Origin: Myxococcales bacterium
GTDB lineage: Bacteria; Myxococcota_A; Polyangia; Polyangiales; Polyangiaceae
Assembly: GCA_005800325.1 (NCBI GenBank)
Contig: SYFR01000388.1
Location: 1-42,250, forward strand
Direction: 5' to 3'
DNA: 42,250 bases
How positions within the stretch are numbered: the first letter of the stretch is position 1; each line of letters opens with the position of its first letter. Position numbers and translations under genes: made by a program. Of this stretch, positions 38,027 through 42,250 are shown one piece after another. The notes under the pieces are model-generated. The model did no database searches and was not told the origin of the DNA. It worked only from the letters and a program-made list of their open reading frames with translations.

Positions 38027-40494
38027 CGGTCCTCCTGGGCGAGCGTCCGGAGCTGAAAGACGTCGCTGGCGGCGAGCGTCTCGACCATGCGAAAGAAAGA
38101 GCCGGTCGCGTCGAGCGACGCTTCCATCGCGGCGAGCGCGCATGCGTCGCCCTCTGTCTCGTTGCGGCCCATGAAGTACCGGAACGCGTGCCGAATGAAG
38201 CACCTCCGCGCGCTCCGCGAGTCGGCCAGCACCTCCGCGAAGTCGAGCGCGCTCGACACGTCGCCCTGCAGGCTCGACTCTGGAGCGAGCGTGATCGTGC
38301 TCGCTCCGCTCGGCGCGACGGGCGTGCCCATGGGGCCGTGATCGAACGCGCGAAGGAACCCAGCGTGGTTGTAGATCTCGAAGGGATAGCCGAGCGGGTT
38401 CATGAGCAGGTGGCACCCCATGCACGTCGCCGAATCGGGGTTCGTCGATGGGTCCTCGACGCTCGTGACCAAGCGCGCGCGAGCCGAGAGCGACGGGTCG
38501 CTCGGCACGAGCTTGGCCTCGACGGAGACCAGCTCGAGCCCCGGAACGGTCTCGCAGAAGAGGCGCTCGCGAATCCATCGACCGCGATGGACCGCGCTGG
38601 CATCGTCCTCGAAATTGCCTCCGTGCGCGGCGAGCCATGCCGGATGCGTGAGGACGCCTCGCCGCTGGTCGTCCGGGAGCTCGACCCAGCGCCCAGCGAG
38701 GCTCTCCTCGACGATCTCGACTCCGTAGACGCGGGCCGTCGTCGCCGTGTTCTTCGCGATCGAGGTGCCACAGAGGCCGTTCGGAGCGCACCCGTCCGGG
38801 GGCTGGCAGTCATCGTCGTTCGCGCACGGCGGCCCCTTCGTGTTGACGACGGTCGACGGAAGTCGCCACTGGCGCGTGGTCATCAGCGTGCGGAAGACGT
38901 CCTCGCCGAGCTGATGGCTCTCGACCACCGCGCGCGCGATGGTGTCGTCGAGCTGCTCCACGAGCGTCGACTCGTGGCCGTAGCGGCCACTCTGAAGGTT
39001 GCTAAACCCTGAGGTCGTGGCGCTCGCGGTATCGGGCGTGTCGTACTCGCTCGTGCCGCCGGGAGTGTCCTTGAAGGAGGAACTCGCGCCCTCGTAGTCG
39101 AGCCATTCCCGGAAGAACTGGAGCATCCCCTCCGCAATCCAGAAGTCACCGCGCGCAGGGTAATTGGCTTCGTTTTCCTCGTGATCGAGATCGGGCCGCG
39201 CCGCATCCTGTCCACCCTGGTAGATGGCAAACAGCTCGCGGATCTTGGACGGCTCGAAGATCGTCCCGTCGTCGGCCGCGGCGCGCAGCGAGCTCATACG
39301 TCCGAGCTCCGCTTCGTAGTCGGGGTTCGTGGTGGAGAGCGCCGATACGCTCGTGGGCACTGGCGTCCCCGTGGGGTGCGAGCCGAGCATGTGGCCGAGC
39401 GCGAGCGCCATTTCGTCGGCGGTCAGACGCCGACGGTCGGCCGCGTCTCCGGCGAGTGGCTCGCCGAGCTCGCCGCGGAAGAGCGCTCCGACCATCAGGA
39501 ACGCCGCCTGCCCCACGTAGTGCAGTGACGGACGGCGCTTCGATGCATCCCCTTTTTCGGCGTCGAGGGTCGCCACCAACAACTCGCGCAGCCGCGTTTG
39601 CTCGTCGACGGTAGGCGTCCGTGCGAGCGTGCCCCGCCGTAAGAGCGCGTCTACGTAGTTGTCGATGCACGCGCTGCGCGCCTCGTCGGTCAACGCGGTG
39701 AGATCGCCGTGAATGCAGTTGAGCTCGGCGTTCTTGTAGACGCCCTTCAGGCGGTGACCGCGCGAATACCCGGCCGCACCCGCCCACGGATCCGCGGCCT
39801 CCCAGCTCGCCGGCGCCTCCGGGAGGGCGAGGAAGTACAGGTCGAGCGTCGTCGGGTCGACCGAGACGTCGCGCGCGTAGGTCGAATACGGGAGGACGTC
39901 CGGCGTCGTGAAGGGGTTGTCACGCGCCGTGGAACCGATCAAGGGATCGTCGACCGACTGAACCACCGCGTGCGTCCACTCGCGTCGTTCGACGCGGCGC
40001 AACCGGGCGGGCGAGGCGTCGACGGTCGGCGTCTCGCAGGCGAACACTCCCTCGGGATCGAGGTGGTTCGGGTCGTACACGTCCGACGGTGGAGGCAGCG
40101 CGTCGCAGGCGAGGCTGGCGCCCTCCGCGATCCACGCGCGGATCGTGTCTACCTCGGGGATCGGCGCCGCCTGGCCGAGCGGCATGAGCGGCCCCGCGGA
40201 GCGATCGCTCATGCGTCGGTAGAGCCAGCTCTCGTCGGGCTTGCCGGCTACGACGTGACCGGCGAGCGCCCCCCCGAGGACGGCGGCGCGATCGAGCACG
40301 AGCGCCGTGCGTGGGTTGTGCGGCAAGTGGCAACCGCCGAGCGCGCAGCGCTGTTCCAGCGTCTGGATGACCTGGCAGGCGAGCGGTGACGTCGAGGCAG
40401 GAGGCTCCGTCGCCGTGCCGGAGTCGTCGCAGTTCGCCAGCGGCACGACCAAGCCAACCAGCGAGACCCCCACGAAGAAGCCACGAACTCGCAT
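38023..40494 (-). CDS. Large lipoprotein of the DUF1592/DUF1588/DUF1585-type (Planctomycete cytochrome-c-like) family
   Basis: Lipobox VVPLANC. A canonical CXXCH (TCMGCH, nt 38410..38424) is followed by LMNPLGYPFEIYNHAGFLR. THPAWLAAHGG...AVHRGRWIRERLFC resembles the DUF1588 block. An N-terminal CALGGCH motif is also present. Confidence 0.6.
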   Translation of the reverse strand: MRVRGFFVGVSLVGLVVPLANCDDSGTATEPPASTSPLACQVIQTLEQRCALGGCHLPHNPRTALVLDRAAVLGGALAGHVVAGKPDESWLYRRMSDRSAGPLMPLGQAAPIPEVDTIRAWIAEGASLACDALPPPSDVYDPNHLDPEGVFACETPTVDASPARLRRVERREWTHAVVQSVDDPLIGSTARDNPFTTPDVLPYSTYARDVSVDPTTLDLYFLALPEAPASWEAADPWAGAAGYSRGHRLKGVYKNAELNCIHGDLTALTDEARSACIDNYVDALLRRGTLARTPTVDEQTRLRELLVATLDAEKGDASKRRPSLHYVGQAAFLMVGALFRGELGEPLAGDAADRRRLTADEMALALGHMLGSHPTGTPVPTSVSALSTTNPDYEAELGRMSSLRAAADDGTIFEPSKIRELFAIYQGGQDAARPDLDHEENEANYPARGDFWIAEGMLQFFREWLDYEGASSSFKDTPGGTSEYDTPDTASATTSGFSNLQSGRYGHESTLVEQLDDTIARAVVESHQLGEDVFRTLMTTRQWRLPSTVVNTKGPPCANDDDCQPPDGCAPNGLCGTSIAKNTATTARVYGVEIVEESLAGRWVELPDDQRRGVLTHPAWLAAHGGNFEDDASAVHRGRWIRERLFCETVPGLELVSVEAKLVPSDPSLSARARLVTSVEDPSTNPDSATCMGCHLLMNPLGYPFEIYNHAGFLRAFDHGPMGTPVAPSGASTITLAPESSLQGDVSSALDFAEVLADSRSARRCFIRHAFRYFMGRNETEGDACALAAMEASLDATGSFFRMVETLAASDVFQLRTLAQEDR

Positions 40495-40545
40495 CGCTCA
40501 TCAGTCTAGACCCATGACGGGCCACAACAACAGCGCAAACCCCCC

Positions 40546-40861
40546 GCATGGCCAGCTCAGCGTATGGCCAGCTCAGCGTATGGCCAGCTCAGCGCACGAC
40601 CAGCTCAGCGCACGACCACCTCAGCGTATGGCCAGCTCAGCGTATGGCCAGCTCAGCGCATGGCCAGCTCAGCGCACGACCAGCTCAGCGCACGACCAGC
40701 TCAGCGTACGACCACCTCAGCGTATGGCCAGCTCAGCGCACGACCAGCTCAGCGTACGACCACCTCAGCGTATGGCCAGCTCAGCGTATGGCCAGCTCAG
40801 CGTATGGCCAGCTCAGCGTATGGCCAGCTCAGCGTATGGCCAGCTCAGCGCACGACCAGCT
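40546..40861. repeat. Tandem array of a 16-bp unit: 19 complete units plus one partial unit
   Basis: There are three unit variants: g[t/c]atggccagctcagc (12 copies), gcacgaccagctcagc (4 copies plus the partial one) and g[c/t]acgaccacctcagc (3 copies). They are contiguous with no spacers. The last units overlap the stop codon of the 40845..41150 gene. Confidence 0.95.
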
Positions 40862-41150
40862 GCGCTTTGCCCTCCGTGCCACCAGTGAGCTGCTTTACCG
40901 AGATCTCGTATTGTCCCGCCTGGACCGAAAACGTGATGGGCGCGGCGGTCTGCGCCTCCCCCGTCGGCAGCTCGCGCAGCACGCGCTCGAGGATCACCTT
41001 CCCGCTCGGCGCGCGTACGCGCACTTGATATGGGGGCACGCCCGTCACGTACGGACGAAACACGAGCCGCACCGTCTTGCCCGGCGCGACGTCGCTCAGC
41101 GACTGGCACAGGATCTCGATCTCACCGTGATTCTCGATCGATGCCGCCAC
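40845..41150 (-). CDS. Small hypothetical protein (101 aa), paralog of the adjacent gene
   Basis: GTG start with AGAGG about 9 nt upstream. It shares RVLRELPTG, F(S/T)VQA and (V/I)KQL with the neighbouring gene. No signal peptide is present, and the alternating pattern suggests a beta-sandwich. Confidence 0.6.
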   Translation of the reverse strand: MAASIENHGEIEILCQSLSDVAPGKTVRLVFRPYVTGVPPYQVRVRAPSGKVILERVLRELPTGEAQTAAPITFSVQAGQYEISVKQLTGGTEGKAQLVVR

Positions 41151-41166
41151 GTCGCACGCCTCTCGG

Positions 41167-41475
41167 TCAAGTCACGATCAGGCGCGCGTTGCCGTCCACG
41201 TCGCCATAGAGTTGCTTGATGTGGACCTGATACTCGCCGCTCGCCTGCACCGTGAAGGCGAGCGGCGGCGCGCTCTGGGGGCTCCCGGTGGGCAGCTCCC
41301 GCAGCACGCGATCGACCACGACCTTGCCGGTCGGGTCCTTCACCTTGATGGTGAACGGCGGCGGCGCATCCTCGAAGCACTTGAAGACGATCTTCGCCTG
41401 CGCACCGACGGCCACCGACGCGCCCGCCTGAAGGATGCACTCGATGGCACCCGCGCTCTCAATCTTGGCTGGCAC
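41167..41475 (-). CDS. Small hypothetical protein (102 aa), paralog of the adjacent gene
   Basis: GTG start with AGAGGAA directly upstream. It is roughly 45% identical by eye to the 40845..41150 product, from which it is separated by 16 nt. Confidence 0.6.
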   Translation of the reverse strand: MPAKIESAGAIECILQAGASVAVGAQAKIVFKCFEDAPPPFTIKVKDPTGKVVVDRVLRELPTGSPQSAPPLAFTVQASGEYQVHIKQLYGDVDGNARLIVT

Positions 41476-41589
41476 GTTCCTCTAGTTCCTCGGCAGGCGC
41501 AGCCCGCCACGACGGAATTGTAGAGGGACCGCGCGAGGATGCCGAATTTGCCGCGAACGAGCGTCGCGCCCGAGGCTCGAACGCACCGC

Positions 41590-42250
41590 TCAGTCGCCCG
41601 TGCTCTGAACGGGTGACCAGCGTAGACGCGGCTTGCGAGCGGCACGCGCCTCATCGAAGCGGCCGAACGGCACGTCGTGAGGCGCCGTGCGCACGAGCTC
41701 CGGATCCCGGCGCGCCTCGGCGGCGATCGACCTCATGGCGCGCACGAACTCGTCGAGCGTTTGCTTGGTCTCGGTCTCGGTGGGCTCGATCATGAGCGAG
41801 CCCTTCACGACGAGCGGGAAGTACACCGTCGGGGAGTGGAAGCCGTAGTCGAGCAGCCGCTTGGCGACGTCGAGCGTCTTGATGCCGGTCTCCTTCTCGA
41901 GCGTCTCGTCGCTGAGCACGACCTCGTGCATGCATGGCTCGGCGCAAGCGATGTCGTACGCGTCCTTGAGCTGCGACCAGAGGTAGCGCGCGTTCAGCAC
42001 CGCGAGCGTGCTTGCCTTCGCGAGCCCCTCGCCGCCGAGCTCGCGAATGTACGTGTACGCGCGGATGAACATCCCGAAATTGCCCTGAAACGCGCGCACG
42101 CGGCCCACGCTCGCCGGTACGTGGTGCTCGAGCCGATAGCGCCCCCCCTGCTCGAGCAAGATGGGCTTCGGCTGAAACGGCGACAGCGCCTTGACGAAGC
42201 ACACGGGCCCTGCGCCCGGCCCGCCGCCGCCATGCGGAGTCGTGAAGGTC
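41590..42250 (-). CDS. gcvPB: Glycine dehydrogenase (decarboxylating) subunit 2, C-terminal part; the 5' end lies outside the window
   Basis: The frame stays open to the window edge (TFTTPHGGGGPGAGPVCFVKALSPF...). Conserved blocks FQGNFGMFIRAYTYIRELG, LDYGFHSPTVYFP and LMIEPTETE are present. Confidence 0.85.
   Translation of the reverse strand, partial: TFTTPHGGGGPGAGPVCFVKALSPFQPKPILLEQGGRYRLEHHVPASVGRVRAFQGNFGMFIRAYTYIRELGGEGLAKASTLAVLNARYLWSQLKDAYDIACAEPCMHEVVLSDETLEKETGIKTLDVAKRLLDYGFHSPTVYFPLVVKGSLMIEPTETETKQTLDEFVRAMRSIAAEARRDPELVRTAPHDVPFGRFDEARAARKPRLRWSPVQSTGD

Noticed and set aside
40327-40347. N-terminal CALGGCH in the DUF1592-like lipoprotein as a heme-binding site
   Set aside because: The spacing is C-x4-CH, not the canonical CXXCH, so I cannot support covalent heme attachment here. 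Only the TCMGCH motif at 38410..38424 is canonical.
40546-40861. Possible CRISPR array
   Set aside because: The units are only 16 bp and directly abut one another with no unique spacers. No cas genes are present in the window.
40307-41219. Three plus-strand ORFs (40307..40888, 40548..41219, 40564..41028) encoding MASSAYGQLSVWPAQR-type periodic peptides
   Set aside because: They are a by-product of a 16-bp unit that lacks stop codons on the plus strand, so all three frames give the same 48-nt-period peptide. They run antisense into a better-supported gene and have no start context.

Overview
High-GC (roughly 70% by eye) bacterial chromosomal segment. The gene content (pilMNOPQ, many lipobox lipoproteins, a DUF1552/DUF1592-type pair, Pro/Ala-rich proteins) suggests Myxococcota, which is an inference. 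I support about 36 protein-coding genes and see no rRNA, tRNA, CRISPR, transposase or integrase. The plus-strand left end carries a REC-EAL c-di-GMP phosphodiesterase (partial), a TPP enzyme, and a PlsB-like acyltransferase translationally coupled to gpsA. A roughly 20-kb co-directional minus-strand block follows: pilMNOPQ, then a WS/DGAT- or condensation-like acyltransferase split by one in-frame TAG, then lipoprotein, hot-dog thioesterase, OM beta-barrel and lipoprotein. Next comes a compact FAAL / CMAS-type methyltransferase / ACP / soluble di-iron acyl-ACP desaturase / ketosynthase cassette, an internally duplicated double GT2-TPR glycosyltransferase, and a Cys-rich lipoprotein. I consider this lipid-tailoring and envelope locus the best candidate for an undescribed system. 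The right half holds a LysM/M15-like peptidase, hslO, an SGNH lipoprotein, a DUF4178 / membrane SpeE-like / Tat-FAD oxidoreductase group, an esterase, and a DUF1592-like/DUF1552-like pair. It ends with a 16-bp x ~20 tandem repeat array that starts inside the 3' end of one of two tandem paralogous ~100-aa genes, and a partial gcvPB. All calls come from reading the ORF translations and the DNA by eye. No searches were run, and start codons are often uncertain because long alternative-frame ORFs are pervasive in this GC-rich DNA.
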